Of a stretch of DNA of 64,000 nt, positions 1-17,059 are shown piece by piece. Position 1 is the first letter of the stretch. Each line of letters starts with the position of its first letter. The translations under genes were made by a program, and so were the position numbers. This DNA is from the human T2T-CHM13v2.0 reference genome, Homo sapiens: assembly GCF_009914755.1 (NCBI RefSeq), contig NC_060939.1. The stretch is one strand, 5' to 3'. A model generated the notes under the pieces. That model made no database searches, had not been told where the DNA came from, and saw only the letters and a program-made list of their open reading frames with translations.

Positions 1-1038
<1,038 letters not shown>

Positions 1039-1163
1039 GGACCATAAGACCACTTTTTCCTTACTTCACACTTTTGCTAGGACTAACTGAACTGAGAACA
1101 CAAACATGTCAAGACAGGCAGGATGATTCAAGAATACTGGTGCGAAACCCAAAAAATAGATAG

Positions 1164-1451
<288 letters not shown>

Positions 1452-2060
1452 TGAGGAGAAAAGGTACATGCAGTGACAGGAAAATAGCAAAAAAACAGTT
1501 TATAGGAGAGCCCTCTACCTTGATTCATAGAGCAAGGACAAGCAAGAGCCCGTGATCCTGAATTTAAACAGGTAGATGTAAAGCGTTTCAGATTTCATAA
1601 GAGACCAACTAAAAGTGACAAATATTTCCAAATGATGGCCTTTGAGTCAAGAAAAAGATAGCTGGCTCAGAAATAAAATGAAGGCATTTGGGGTGATAAC
1701 TGTCTACAGAAATATAAAAAGATGGAATGAGCCAAATAGAGCACTATTATAGAGATTAACTGATGAGGAAAGAACCAGACATAATGGCCTTAAATGACAG
1801 CACATAGAATTTAGATTAAATATTTGGATAAGTTTGATGACATTGCAGATACTCTAAAAACTAAACCAAGTTTTTCATGCCTTAGATAAACATTCAGAGC
1901 TAAATGAATTATTTTTGCCCAGGAAATACATGGTAGACTAATAATAACTTATTGGTGAGTTTCCTAAGAGGTATTCAAAACTGGTGCTAGTAATTTAATC
2001 ATAACTGTTGACCAATTTCTCAAGTGTGGAGAAAGCATTAAAATAATAATAAAATAATAA

Positions 2061-2363
2061 GCCAAAGGGTGCAGTGGCTCATGCCTGTAATCCCAGCGCT
2101 TTGGGAGGCCAAGGTGGGCGGATCACCTGAGGTCAGGAGTTCGAGACCATGACGATCATGGCAAAACCCTCTCTCTACTAAAAATACAAAAATTAGCCAG
2201 GCATGGTGATGCATGCCTGTAATCCCAGCTACTCAGGAGGCTGAGGCAGGAGAATCGCTTGAACCTGGGAGGTGGAGGTTATGGTGAGTCAAGATCACAC
2301 CACTGCATTCCAGCCTGGGCTACAGAGCAAGACTCCATAATAATAATAATAATAATAATAATA
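2061..2363 (+). mobile_element. AluS with (TAA)n tail
   Basis: Alu dimer consensus. Confidence 0.9.
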
Positions 2364-2405
2364 AAGTCTAAGTCCTCCACACTAGCCCACCTCTACTTGT
2401 ATTCC

Positions 2406-2424
2406 CTCTCTCTCTCTCTCTCTA

Positions 2425-2465
<41 letters not shown>
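2406..2465. repeat. (CT)n-(CA)n compound microsatellite
   Basis: Direct reading. Confidence 0.95.
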
Positions 2466-2589
2466 ACTGAAAATTCTCAGCTATCAATGCATTTTTATAG
2501 TACTTAAGTACTTACGTATTCTTCAAACCATTTTTCTTCAAAGCATTTTTCTACAGTTTTTCTTATTGGAGCCACACAATAGCCTAGTG

Positions 2590-2715
2590 AAGCAGGAAAG
2601 AAAAGTAGCCCTGTTCCCATTTTAGTGATTGGGAAAGTGAGATTCAGGAAAATTAAATTATTGCACTGGATCACATGACAAGAAAGTGGCAGAGCCAAGA
2701 TATCAGTCCAGGCCA
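2590..2715 (-). mobile_element. MIR fragment
   Basis: cccattttagtgattgggaaagtgagattcagg...ggatcacatgac...gtggcagagccaaga, MIR core. Confidence 0.65.
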
Positions 2716-3869
2716 CACAAGTGTGCTAAGTGTCACGCCTTGAGGAGAAAGCCTTAGCACACTTGCATCCTTGGGAGTACTATTGAAATCCAGCACCACT
2801 ACTTAAATCTCCAATACCTGCCAAGGAATAGGGCTGTCAGGAAGTCAGGTGACTTTAGAACCAGTCAACTCTGCCATGATGCTGGGGGCTAATTTACCAC
2901 ATGTCATCATGATCAGCACTTAAGCATTTCTTTACACTTGGCAATATTCTAAATGCTTTATGAAGCAGTTGTTCATATTCTCTTTCCTCTCAGTGCTTAT
3001 ATGACAGTAATTCAAACAATATAACTTAATGCAATTATCTGGTAGGAGATGGAGAGACTCCTACTGAGTACTTGTGAGATTGACAGGTTAAGTAATGACC
3101 AACTGTGACTCCAGAGAATTTTTTAAAATCTTATCAAGCACCCCTCTCTCATATTATCAACTCTGGTGCCCTGGATTGGTGGATTTCATTTTGGCCAATA
3201 TAATATAGGAGCCAGTTTTGATGAAATAAGCAGTTTGGGGTGTTTTTCTTCTCCAGCAATTTAGAGAAAACTAAGTTTAGCAGGCAATAAAATATCTTTA
3301 GGACTGAAGAAATAAACTGGGAGTATAAACAGTCATCTATTGGCAAAGGAGAAAGGGTCGCCTCAGAAACAAAAGAGATTGCTTTTAATTAACCATTTGC
3401 TGCTTTAACTATAATACAGGAGGATAGTGCTGGAATATCATTTCATTTGAAGTAGGCACCTCAGTCTGTGCCACCAATGGCCCTGTTTGTTTGACACATA
3501 TGTTGGGCTGCATTATACATTACTATACTGGTCTCTCCATGCAGGGCCCAAGAGTCCTGCTCCAAGGTGCCAAGGTTCTCTTGGGGACAGAAAATAGTTA
3601 CTGCATCAGTTAATGACTTTCCAGTTAGTTACTTTGTATGAGCTCCTGGGGCTGCAGATGTTGACAGCATTTTTAGACTCTAGGCTCAGTCGTCAATCAT
3701 CTTTGCAAAGAAACAGATGGAAGGGGATATAGGGGGAGTAAGTATGCCATTAGAAATTTTTTTCCAAAAGGACAATGGTTGATGGTTAGGCCAACCTTGT
3801 GGAAAATGTTAAATAGTGATGATAATAAGAGAAAGACAATTTAGTTTTTAAGTCTAGAAAGATGGTGCT

Positions 3870-4095
3870 CATGGGCTTTTGAGAATAACAGTCAAGTTTC
3901 AAATCATTATTTTGCCACCTATTAGCCGTGAGTCCCTTAGGCACATAATTTCATCTCTCTGTGCCTTAATTTTCTCAGTTGTAAAATGAAAATAATGAAA
4001 ATAGCACCTATGTTATAGAGTTGCTATTTGAATTATAGAAGATAAGCTTTCTAATGCTGAGTATGGTGTCCCTCAAAGAGTAAATGCTCAATTAA
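3870..4095 (+). mobile_element. MIR fragment
   Basis: tctctgtgccttaattttctcagttgtaaaatg, MIR core. Confidence 0.65.
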
Positions 4096-5760
4096 CTTTC
4101 ATTGTTATTGTGATATTGTTATTGTCAATATCATTATTTTTGGTATGCTATAGTTGCCATTTTTATTCCAGAAATATATTACCTTCAATAAAAACCTAAA
4201 GCATGCCTTCTTAGAAAAACGAGGTCCAGACACTGGATTTTGAACTTTTTAAGTGTGCAGCAGTTTGATCATGATGTAACAGTGAGATATGTGCTTCCAC
4301 CCACTAATCACAAGACAGCAGGCTCTGGGCTCCATCCTTCTGGTGGCCTGCAGCTATTGAAGTACTTGCTTTAAGTGCTGTTACATTACCAGAAAGGAGC
4401 AAGACGTAGAACTCATTGGCATTTTGATGTGGGTGGGTAGAGGGAAAATGTGTGGCCACAGCTGTCATTTCCTGCAACTGCAGCATGGTAAATCATTATT
4501 TGATTTGAAATTAATTTCAAATAATCATTATTTGAAATTAAGAGAGCTGTACTCTTTGCTGGGCCCCAAGCACCCGCTGTGGCCTTCCAACTATCCAGCT
4601 AACTCTTAACACTCTCCGCAGGCCTCTTCCTCTCTCTTGCTTTTTTACTATTCAGCTTAAAGATTTCAAGTGAGCAACTCTTCATCAGGGTAAATTTGGG
4701 GACCCATTCTAAAGAATCCAGCTCAGTAATTTAAAAAATACTGTCTATTCTTCTCTTTTGAACTAACAAAATAAATAAATGACATATTTCTATCCCAATA
4801 GGCTTTATATTAAATATGTGGGTCATTTGTTCTTTTGTACCTATCATTTTTATCACCATAGGAAGACAGAGGGAGGAAAACTCCACCTTGTAGCATCCCC
4901 CTCATATTTCTAAGCATAGCCAAGTTCAACAGGTTCAGCAAAAGGTAAGTTATTAGTTAAAAGTTGCAAGTTGCATCCTCCACCAGTTTTACCCTATGTA
5001 TCCTGACACATATAAGCACTGCCTTTGTCAATGAGTTTCCTCACTTATGTCATTCATAGTAGATGCAGAGATATCCAAACCAATCATCCCAGATAACTTA
5101 ATTTGAATTTATGTACCTGTAATTCTCTGGGCACACTATGTTCAGTTCTAGAAGTCTTATGGGATCAGTTGACACTTACCTTTCCCAGGTGCAAAGGCAT
5201 CATACTGCAGCAGTTCCTTATTCATATACTTCTCAATTTTACATTTAAAAATAGGAATTTTTTTATTAAAATGAATAAACAGATATACATTTAAGGATCA
5301 AAAGTTAATTGAATTGAAAGTCGATTCCATTGACCTGGGATTTGGAACACAAATCAGATAAAGTCATTATTGTCCAAAAACACGCCACTTACCTCTTTTC
5401 TCAATTTTGCTTGTCTTACCTTGCAAAAGGCTTTCAGGTTTACAGTGGCATCTTTTATCAAGTACATTATGTTGTGCTGGTGGCTGAAGAAATAAGAATT
5501 TTTTAAAAAGATTGATTCTGTTTTTAAATTTTGAAACACTAAAAAAATTAATTAGGTTGAATCATATAAAATTTGCATTTTTATAGATCAAAATCGTTTG
5601 ATACTGGCAGTTTCATATGGCTCACTATATAAAATTAAATGAGACCTTTAATTTATATTCTACTTTTCCTAATTAATGACTGTTAACATTTTGGGCCAGA
5701 TGCAGTGAGTCCCTGCCTAAAAAAAGAAAAAAAATTGGTTATAGAAGCTTCTACTCACTT

Positions 5761-6070
5761 TATTTTTATTTATTTATTTATTTATTTATTTGAGACAGAG
5801 TCTCCCTCTGTCACTTAAGCTGGAGTACAATGGCGCAATCATAGCTCACTGCAGCCTTGAGCTCCCAGGCTCAAGCAATCCTCCCACCTCAGCCTTCCCA
5901 GTGTCCGGGACTACAGGCATGTGCCACCACACCCAGCTAATTTTTGTATTTTTTGTAGAGACAGGGTTTTGCCATGTTGCCCAGGCTGGTCTCCAACTCC
6001 TGGGCTCAAGCGATTTGCCCTCCTCGACCTCCCAAAGTCCATTATAGGTATGAGCCATTGCACTCGGCCC
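5761..6070 (-). mobile_element. AluJ
   Basis: Antisense Alu with (TTTA)n tail and J-type ctcctgggctcaagc. Confidence 0.9.
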
Positions 6071-7884
6071 TCCACTCACTTTTTAAATGAAATAAGCCAT
6101 TACAGATCAAGTTAAAGCCCCTTTTAATACCACTCCAGACCCCTGGTTCTCTCTGTTCCCAGAGGCAATGTTATCTGAATTTTATGGGTATTCTTCTCAT
6201 CATTTCACACACGGATACCAAAATGTAAATCTATTTTCATTCATGTTTTTCTTATTCATTAATGTTACTTTAAACCTGATTGTCCTCTCCTGTAAAGGAG
6301 GAAAGGGATGGACTTTGACCGGCTCTTAGACTTTTACCCTGTTTCTTTTTCTCGTTTTTTTTCTAAAAAATTATAAAATATCTTAAGAAAACCTAAGGCT
6401 CTCTTTGAATTCTCTGTTTGAGGAGTTCTCAATAAATCTCACAGAAGACACCTACCTCTTAACTCTTGAACTGCATAAGGAAGGCAGTTCAAGCCCTTAT
6501 AACCCAGGGAAAACTAAATTCTCATTTCTTCTTCTATCTTTCAGCCTCCTCTTAATCTCAAATTTCACATCCACCAAGGAAAAAATGTATTCTTTCTAGA
6601 TGCATCTTATTTTTTTTATCAGTGAGCCTCTGTTATGATGTTAATAAAATAGTGACATGACCAAATATTGAAAGAATGAAATGACCTATGAATGGGCACT
6701 AGCATGTATGGTAAGATAATATGGACCAAATCAGAAAGGGAAAAATTTTCTTTCCCACAATTCCAACCAAAGCATCCATGAAAACAAAGACAGACTAATA
6801 AGACTTTCAATGTTAAAAAAAAGAAAAAAGTTGGAAGGAATACTGCACTTGGTGAATTCCTCTGTTTGATCCGAATGGGGTTGGAACCCCTTTACAAACT
6901 CTTTTTCATGATAGTCACGTATTTAAAGTAACATCACATCAACTTCTCCACACTACATAATTAGAAATGCTTTACCCCTTTCTCAATTAATATCAAAGTT
7001 ATAATATATACAAGATTTTTAAAGCTTCTTTGTTTGAATCCTGAATTAATTTATATACTCATATTTTGGATCCCAACTGAAGCTAATCTCTATAATATTA
7101 TAATGGGGTAGTAAAATTCATTTTTGTAACTATGGCATATTTGAATGTTGAATAATTGTATTCCAGTATGTCTTTTCTCTTTGCTAGTTTGCTTTATTCT
7201 TACCACATTTGTATTGCAGCCTTCCTTGCTTCACATTAATAAGTGTGCTACAATGATGTTATAATCGTTTTTAGCAAAGAGAGATTCTGCATGAAACATT
7301 TTTATGACTTCTCAATATGGCAAGTTTAGGCATTAAAGTAAATCTCTCTGTCACAATTAATGTTTAATCTGGATTTTTATAATACTAACAGACATACATT
7401 AGACTGTGTTTATTTAAATAAATGCCATTCTCCCCAGGGGTTCACAGTCACTGTGGTACAACTCACTACACTGATGGTTCAAAGTATTTCCTGTTTGTTA
7501 TTCTTCTATCTAATGGCTGCTGTAACCACTGAACTTCCTTGAATAAAATATTCTTTCTTTTTTTTGCAGTTGATGAAGTTTAGAATGCTCAAAGAAGGAC
7601 TAGTGATTCAAAATGCATTGACAATCTGGAAACCTGAGCTAAATTGATCCATAATGGCATATCTTTCCTTAGACTAGGTCATCTAGTTTAGTAACTACCC
7701 TGCCAATCTCTCTATCTTTTCTATCTTCATGGAAGTTTCTTGTTTTTAAATTTTCCTTTAATGGGAAGTCAACCAAACTGTTTTGAAAAGTTGGCAGGTT
7801 CTAGGAAATATGCTGGAAAAAATAAGAATATAAAGAGTCTGATCCAATTTAAATAGAATATTAAAATGGAAGGGACCCCAGAGA

Positions 7885-8200
7885 TTGAATGTTGTGTAAT
7901 AGAAATATATTATGTGCCATATATGTAATTTAAAATTTTCTAGTAGCCAATTAAAAAGGAAAAAGAAATAGGTAAAGTTATTTTTAATAATATTGTATTA
8001 ACCCAGTGTGTCCAAAATATTGTAATTTCAATATAGAATCAATACAGAAACATTAATGAGATATTTTACATTCTTTTTTGTAGTAGGACTTTGAAATCCA
8101 GTGTGTAGTTTATGCATCCAGCATATCTCAATGTGAACCAGCCACATTTCAAATGTTCAATAGCAGCATGGACATACAGGCTATCATATTGGGCAGTGAT
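7885..8200. mobile_element. hAT-Charlie DNA transposon relic (MER33-like)
   Basis: aatagaaatat...tttaaaattttctagtagcca...gccacatttcaaatgttcaatagc...atattgggcag pattern. Confidence 0.65.
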
Positions 8201-8589
8201 GACCTAGGCAATTGCCTGAGTTTTATCAATGTAGAACATACCTCAAGAGAGGACAAATGGCAGACCCAGGGTGTCAGCCAGTCAGTGCCAGATCTCAACC
8301 CAACATTCTGACTCACAGTTCAGTGTTCCTGCAAGCACAGTGGTAAAATCACATCCGGGGCTTTGATGACATTGCACTAGGTACTTTATTATTACTACTT
8401 AAAGCAACCTTGCACGAGCAAGAGTTTATCCTCATTTTAAGGATAAGATACAAAAGCTCAGAGATAAGGAATTACCTCCTCAGGCTTAGATCTGAGACCT
8501 GTTTTGTCTGACCGCAAAGCCTGGGCTTTTTTTTTTTTTTTCATGCATCCCAATGTCCTTTCTCTCCAATCTAAGACCCTTTAAGACCG

Positions 8590-8725
8590 TGACTCCAAGT
8601 GTGGTCTGTCTAAGGAGCAGCAGCATCTGTTGCCTCCAGGAGCTTGTTAGAAATGCAAAATATTGAGCCCTGCTTCAATACCCACAAGGCTGCATTTTAT
8701 CAAGATCCCAAGTGATTCATGTAAA
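8590..8725. mobile_element. MER5-like DNA transposon relic
   Basis: cagcagcatc...ggagcttgttagaaatgcaaa...caagatcccaagtgattcat. Confidence 0.65.
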
Positions 8726-9618
8726 ATCTAAGCCATCTCAACAAAATACAAATCTCTCTATAAATTAAAAGAATTTCCTGGGAAAATGGATTTGTACCCT
8801 GTCAGACATATGGCAGATAATCAGAAATAACTTTTGGATTGAATTACATCATGAGAAGAAAAGAACTAGCTTGGACATTTAAGGAAGGAGAAATAAAAAT
8901 AGAATTTTTCATTAAAAATGTGTTTCCAGAACTAAATCTTGAAATTATAAAATGCCTTATCAACCATCACAACACCTGTCTTCTTCCCTCTTAATCTCTT
9001 CCACTCTTCTTAGGTCATAGGTACGTAAACCTTTGTTCCCACCAAATTCATTGAATGACAAGGAAATGTTAATGTATTTGAATGGAAGTGTGGCAACATT
9101 ACACAGGGAAAAGTGGTATAAGGGTATTTTTGCCACACGAAAAAGCAACGCATCAGCCAAATAGAATTGACAAGATGTGCAGTTCATGGCAGGATTTGCA
9201 GGTCACCATGTTCTACCTCCCATGGAGCTCTGTCCATTTCTTGAAATTAGGCTCCAGCTGAGATTTCTTTCGTGTTCCTGAAAGTGGCTCTCGCTAATGA
9301 GTCAAAGGTTGATTGTGTATTTATCCTAAGCCTCTTCAGTCACATTTTCAGTATTTTCCTTGTGTCATGTTGCCCTCAACTCTTCCTTTCATTCAGTGTC
9401 AGGCAGTAAATTAAGCAGATGTTAATCAGTCTAGATGTTTTGGGTAGAAAATGAATGGTGTGAATACCGCAGGTCATCTCCAAAAGGCTGAATCTGTGGA
9501 ACCCTGTTCAGTGAGGTGTTTTTCCCTCTTTCCCATTTCTTAACTCAATGGGGCATTGCTGGCTATTTTTGTCCTTTAGAAAACAACAGCAATGTGATAT
9601 ATAATAGCAGGGTTCTAA

Positions 9619-9795
<177 letters not shown>

Positions 9796-11739
9796 TGAGG
9801 GAATGAGCACAGAGGCAAAAGACAATTAGTGCTCCATGTTAATAAGGCTCCCAAAGTGAACAGCTGTAGTTAGGCAGCCAAGCATCAGAGATCAGTGCAG
9901 ATGGTTAAGGGATTATTTTGAATTCCTGGGTATAGGCAAAGCTAGAACAAAAGCAGAGAAGTTCTATTACAATGAACTATGAATGATACACTGGAAACGG
10001 AAAATGAGGTTGCCTTTGGCCACCAGCATACATTCTGCCCCCGTACTTATTGAAATGCAAATTTGTTCTGGTGGTTGACGACATTCAGGATCCTATTGAA
10101 ACTTCAAACTATTTTTATATCTCATACTGCATATAGCAATGCTCAAGTCAGGCATTCTTTTCCTTTTTTCTTTTGCAAATGGTGTTAGGGCAGCTGCTAG
10201 ACCAACTAAATTAATGCATGGTGATCTGGGCATAAAATCTCCCTATCCTCCTGAATTATTTCCAGAATGTTGAATAAAATGTAATAATCTCTACAGCTCA
10301 ACCTTAAATCCCATAGTTCTCACATCTTTTTTCCCTTATTTTTTCCTTTTTCCTTCATCTCTGCTATAGTAAGTACATAAAATCTTTTCCTAGTTCTGAT
10401 CGTCATAATTTAGAGTGACAAAGAATCCTTAAAACAATCCAAGAGACCCTCAGAAATTGTAGAGCTTGGCTTTCCGAGCATTTTGGGTTTAATATGGTTG
10501 AAAACCCTAATTATATATATATGAAATGGTGCATTTGGCTTTCAGAGTTACTGTATTTCAGAGTGTCAGAAGTCAGAACTGCATCCAGGTAACTCAGATG
10601 CGCATGCAGGCAGGAAAGAAAAAATATTGGTTAAGCTTAATTGGTAATATTTTGGAGCTTAAGAGTATTTGATGCAATCCTGTGCCTAATTTCCCTTAAG
10701 AACACTTGCGAAGTAGATGCACGTACAGAGAAACAATTTCTGCAAAACCTATTACCCACAATGAGCCTCTTTTCATCTGTTATTAATTTGCTAAACCATG
10801 GAAATAGGTGTTATTGCAAGATGCTGATTTTTCTTTCAGTACCAAGTTAGTTTTCAATAGCTCTTTGGTTAAATATGTTGTCACTATTAGTCATTTATTA
10901 TAAAATTATCATACAAGATTTTAAAATAATATTTTCAACTAGGAATGGGAATATGGACATAAAATAAGAGCAGGGAAAGAAAAGACACAAGTATGAAAAA
11001 GAATTATTAGAATCCAGAAGAAATGGTAGAAAATTTGAACATGCATACATTCATATGAATTTCTTCACATAAAAAGTGAAGTACAGGAGAACCATGGCAA
11101 AAGGACAAGACATAGCACTATGCAATTCATAGGTGCTTAGTAATATTGTTGAATTAAATTTGATTAACTGGAAGCTGTATGCTGTCATCTAATGAAGGGA
11201 AACAACACTTCTGATATGGAAGATGGCTATTAATGATACTGTCACATAAAAGAATTAGGTTTTGGAAACATAATTCAGTCACTCTTCAATAAATAACATA
11301 AGTAGAGATTTTAGTGATCCTTGTACATAAGAATTTTCCAAACATGGATTTTATTGCTAATGACATTATGGATATAACAGGTGGAATTGAGCTTTGAACC
11401 ACTAAGTTACAACATGCATACCAACAGTTAAGCTGACCCTCACTTGATTTTAAATTATTGAACCATTTTAATGACTGTGTCAGAAGAAATGCAAATGACT
11501 GCTAATTTAGAAAAGCTACATTTCTGTCATCTAAAATCCATTTATAGCTGGGATGATTTAGAATTAATCTTTCCATTTTATGCTTGGGTACGGGCATGAA
11601 GGACATGCACTAAAATGTAATCTAATCTTCAGGATCTTCAGAACATTACTTCAGTGCTCCTTTAGACATTATTTTTCATTTGTGATGGTAGTTTCCCAGT
11701 ACGGTAAGGATTGCCCACGTTTTTATGTCCTCTGTTTAG

Positions 11740-11847
<108 letters not shown>

Positions 11848-12649
11848 TAAGTGATGGCTTTCAAGACGTGTTCTTGTTTATAAAGCACTAAGCAGGGCAG
11901 TACATAACTTGTACTGCACATAACACTGTTGTGTCAGATTAAATTGCCTGAGAAGAGTACATTCCCCTGGTACTCTGACTTCTTTTCCAAGGTGAAAAAA
12001 ACACCACCAATAATAGAGTTTGAGGGAATCAGAGTGTCAGAGGAGGCAGGGTGAGAGAAACGCCAGTGTCAGAGAAAAAAGTAAATGTTTAGAGTTACAA
12101 CCTTAAAATCTATTTACAAGATTAAAAGGAAAGCACAGCTAAGCAAGGAGAAATTTTTCTTTCAAAACACCTGGAATCTTGGGTTGGCTGGTGTCTCCAA
12201 TTCAGTCATTGTCTTCTTCTGAGCCTCTGATAATTCGTTCACTATCCCAGAGCCCTATATCTCCCTCTGCTAAGAGGCTCCCATATGCCAGGTGCTTCTG
12301 CTACCAGGTGGAGCATCATTGGCTTGTGCACAGAATGTGAGTTTCCGGTGGTACATAACCTCTAATAGCTAAATATTTGAGGAGACTTAGGATGTAAGTA
12401 ATAATGATAGATCTTAAAGGACTAGCAGGCTGCAGGCTAATGTCTTTAACATGTATTATCTCATTTAATTCTCATAAGAAGATTTCGAAGGAAGTACTAA
12501 TATTTTTTCCCATTCTACAAGTGGAGAAAAAGACATTAAAAATTAAGTAGCATGCTGAAAAATCTCAGCATTTAGTGACAGAGCTGGAATTCCAACCCAG
12601 GACTATCCAAATTCAAAGTTGAAACTCATGACTATAACGCTATGCTTTC

Positions 12650-12823
12650 TCTATATATTATATACTCCAAAACAAGTATTATATATTTTATACTATATAT
12701 ATTATATATTACATACTCCAAAGTATTTCATATATATATTATATACTCCAAGTATATATATATTATTTATATATATACACATACACACAATTGTGGAGTA
12801 TATAATATATAATACTTATGTGT

Positions 12824-12860
<37 letters not shown>

Positions 12861-12891
12861 CTCTAAGTATTATATATTATATACTCCAAAA

Positions 12892-12941
<50 letters not shown>

Positions 12942-13023
12942 TTATACACACATATATATACATACACATATATATATACACACACACACAGAGTTTTGGA
13001 GTATATAATATATAATACTTAGA

Positions 13024-13084
<61 letters not shown>

Positions 13085-13140
13085 TAATACTTGGAGTATA
13101 TAATATGTAATATTTGGAGTATACATATATACTTCAAGTA
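12650..13140. repeat. AT-rich low-complexity region with (TA)n/(TG)n/(CA)n and long inverted repeats
   Basis: Perfect 33-bp inverted repeat 12861-12893 / 12992-13024, extended by self-complementary microsatellites. Confidence 0.92.
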
Positions 13141-13143
13141 TTA

Positions 13144-13512
<369 letters not shown>

Positions 13513-14699
13513 GAAAGTTGAGCATTTCTTCTAGGCTTGAAAATACTTAATCAGACTCCAGAGCGGCAATGTTAGCTATGCCCAAAAGCCATCTTTTGTG
13601 TCAACATCTCTGGAAATGGAAGGTTTCCTGTGTCTGGGATCTGGCTGCACTTTGATTTCAGACTACAGGGTACATGACATACCCTGAGAGATACAGCTGC
13701 ACTTCAAAGTTCATCCTATCCAAGGAAAACAAGTATACGCTTAACACTTCTTAAAGCAGGCTATTTCTTCTACCCCTTGTTATTATAATCATAACATTTA
13801 TCATTATATTTATGCAACATATTAACAAAAGTACTCTTAGTTCTACTGAAAGGAAGCATAAGAAAATAACTTTTATCTTCTGAATGTACAGGCATTACTG
13901 AACAAACAGAAATTCACTCAACAGTCTTTCTAATGTGAGGAACCTATATATTAAGTGCATTGTGTTTCCCAAACATATAAAGCCTGGGGCCACGTACTGT
14001 CATCTGGCTCCTGCTGGTGTTATAAGTTCAGTAAGTTAAGGCTAAACCAGGTGATCGGGATCAGAATTTTACCAGCCTCAGCAAACAGTATTTTGATATA
14101 TTTAGAATCATAGTCAGTTGCTGATCAGACATTCTTGGAAATTGACCAGATCTGTCCTCTGTTACCCAGATTCTTCAGTAAAATTTCATCTTCACCTTGG
14201 GGAACAAAAGGGATGGAGGAGGGGAAAAAGAGCAAATAGGAAGTAACGTGTAAATCTTCAATGAAATAGTCCATTATTTGATATAGAATTACCTTGGACT
14301 GTCTTCCAACCTCTCTACCATCCCAAACATTCTAGAAATCCAAAGGGAGCAAAATAATCAAACCCAGTAATACTGAACCAAGGAGGCCTCTGGCTTTTAT
14401 GACAAATTAATAATAGATCTCCTTGGTAATAAAGTTCAATATTAGGGTGACCCAGATTTGTACTAGTATAAAACCTAGCTGGACTGGTAAAGTTAAATGA
14501 CTTTTCTAGCACAGCAATGGGGCTAATAATGACAATCATGTATCCATATTACATTTCCCTTTCCAATTTTTGTGGCTTTATGACTTAAATCACAGTATTA
14601 TTGTTAACACAGGGCTATTATTATAAGACTATAGTATTTTACCATTTTTCTTTGAATAAAAGATTTTAAATGTCTGTAATATTCTTAAGTATGGTTTAG

Positions 14700-15010
<311 letters not shown>

Positions 15011-15037
15011 AAGTATGGTTTAATTTTAATTAGAATT

Positions 15038-15813
15038 TGTATATATTAGTTTTCAATGGCTGCCAATAACAAATTACCTCAAAATTTAGTGGCTTAAAAC
15101 AATACTTTAGGCTGGGCGCAGTGGCTCATGCCTATAATCCCAGCACTTTGGGAGGCCAAGGTGGGCAGATCACTTGAGGTCTCGAGTTTGAGACGAACCT
15201 GGTCAAGATGATGAAACCCAACCTCTACTAAAAATACAAAAATTAGCCTGGCGTGGTGGTGCACACCTGTAATTCCAGCTACTCAGCAGGTTGAGGCAGA
15301 ATTGCTTGAACCTGGGAGACGGAGGTTGCAGTGAGCCAATATCACACCACTGTGCTCCAGCCTGGGTGGCAGAGTCAGACTGTCAAAAAAAAAAAAAAAA
15401 AAAACCTACACTTGATTATCTTACAGTTCTGTCGATTAGTCTGGCACGTGTGGGCCAGGCTGCATTCCCTTCCGGAGGCTCTAGGATAAATTTCTGACCT
15501 TGCCTTTTCCAGCTTCCAGAAGCTCCCCTCATGTGGGTGTGGCTCAGGAATGCCTTTCTCAATCTTCAAAGCCAGCGATGGCTGGTCAAGTTCCTCTCAC
15601 ACCACATTACTGTGACCTCCTTTTATGCCTCCTAATTTCACTTTTAAGTACTCTTGTGATTACTCTTGTCCCATCCAGGTAATCTAGGATAATCTCCCCA
15701 TCTCAAAGTCCTTAACCTAATCACATCTGCCAAGTCCCTTTTGCCATGTAAGGAAGTACACTCACAGGTTCCAGGAATTAGGATACTTTGAGGGTGCATT
15801 ATTCTACCTAACA
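15038..15813 (-). mobile_element. MLT1-type MaLR LTR interrupted by an Alu
   Basis: ggctgccaataacaaattacc...tagtggcttaaaacaa and ggataatctccccatctcaa...taatcacatctgc motifs. Confidence 0.75.
15110..15402 (+). mobile_element. AluS
   Basis: Alu consensus with poly-A tail. Confidence 0.9.
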
Positions 15814-16825
15814 TAGAATCCAAATTTTTTTGTGGAGCACATTGTCTACTTTTTATAATTGAGGACAATCAGAAACAAGATTTGTTTATGAGGAATTTAC
15901 TTTGTGACAGCTTGTGCCAGAATAGAACTATTCTGTTAAGTAAAGATTACTTATGGTTTGGATTTTGAGTGGATATTCATATTGCACCAAACTTATGTAT
16001 ACCAAATGAAAATTCAGACTTACCTAGGCCATTGGAAACCGTTTGCATATGGTGGGACAATTGTTTCTGGGGTAGGATGACCTAATGGCAAGAAGTCATT
16101 AAGTTTTAGATCCATAGAAGTATAAACAAAGGACCTCCCAATGAAAAAAATTTAAATGACTCAAAGTATTAATTGACTTGCTTCCATATTTAGCACCAGA
16201 GAAAACATTTATCTCTTAAACTTTAATCTCTTCAAACAGAGATAAAAGAAAGACAGACTTTATTTCTCTTCTAGGTAATTTAATTCCTTTGGGTTGAATA
16301 CAGAGAAAACACAAGAGCCAGTATGTAGAGTTGCCATGAAAAAGCATTGCTCCAAATGACCGGTTTAGAGTCAATTCTGAAAATTCTATAGAGGAACTGG
16401 AGAAATTTCTAACCATGAACTTGATGTCAGAAATGTTACAGGAGTCCTTCTGGGAGGCGGCCAGGTTGGGGGTGGTGGCTAATCATTTCAAAGAGTCTTT
16501 GCAGTCTGTAAACTCTCTGTTCTAAATATACCAGTGATTGTTTTGCTCACTGTATAAAAGATTCGATTATTTTTAAAAGATGCAACAAGCTCTTAATCAA
16601 AATTCTGATTTATAGTATTATTTGAACAAATTGGCTAAAGTGAATAATTTAGTTACCTCTACCCAAAATATACTTTAAAAACGCATAGGGGAAGAACAAA
16701 CAAACAAACAAATGCATCAGCTCTTGGCTATATTCTAAGGTGGATTTTAATAGTTTCATTATATCAAAATCCTAGAAGCAAGTGTAATACTAGTCCAAAG
16801 CTTGAGGATTAAAAGAGCCATTTAA

Positions 16826-17059
<234 letters not shown>

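Noticed and set aside
12619-13137. YI/CV-rich ORFs on both strands
   Set aside because: Products of (TA)n/(TG)n repeats; useful only as evidence of the palindrome
12650-13140. Repeat-spacer appearance suggestive of a CRISPR array
   Set aside because: Human DNA; units are irregular, inverted and separated by microsatellites; no cas genes
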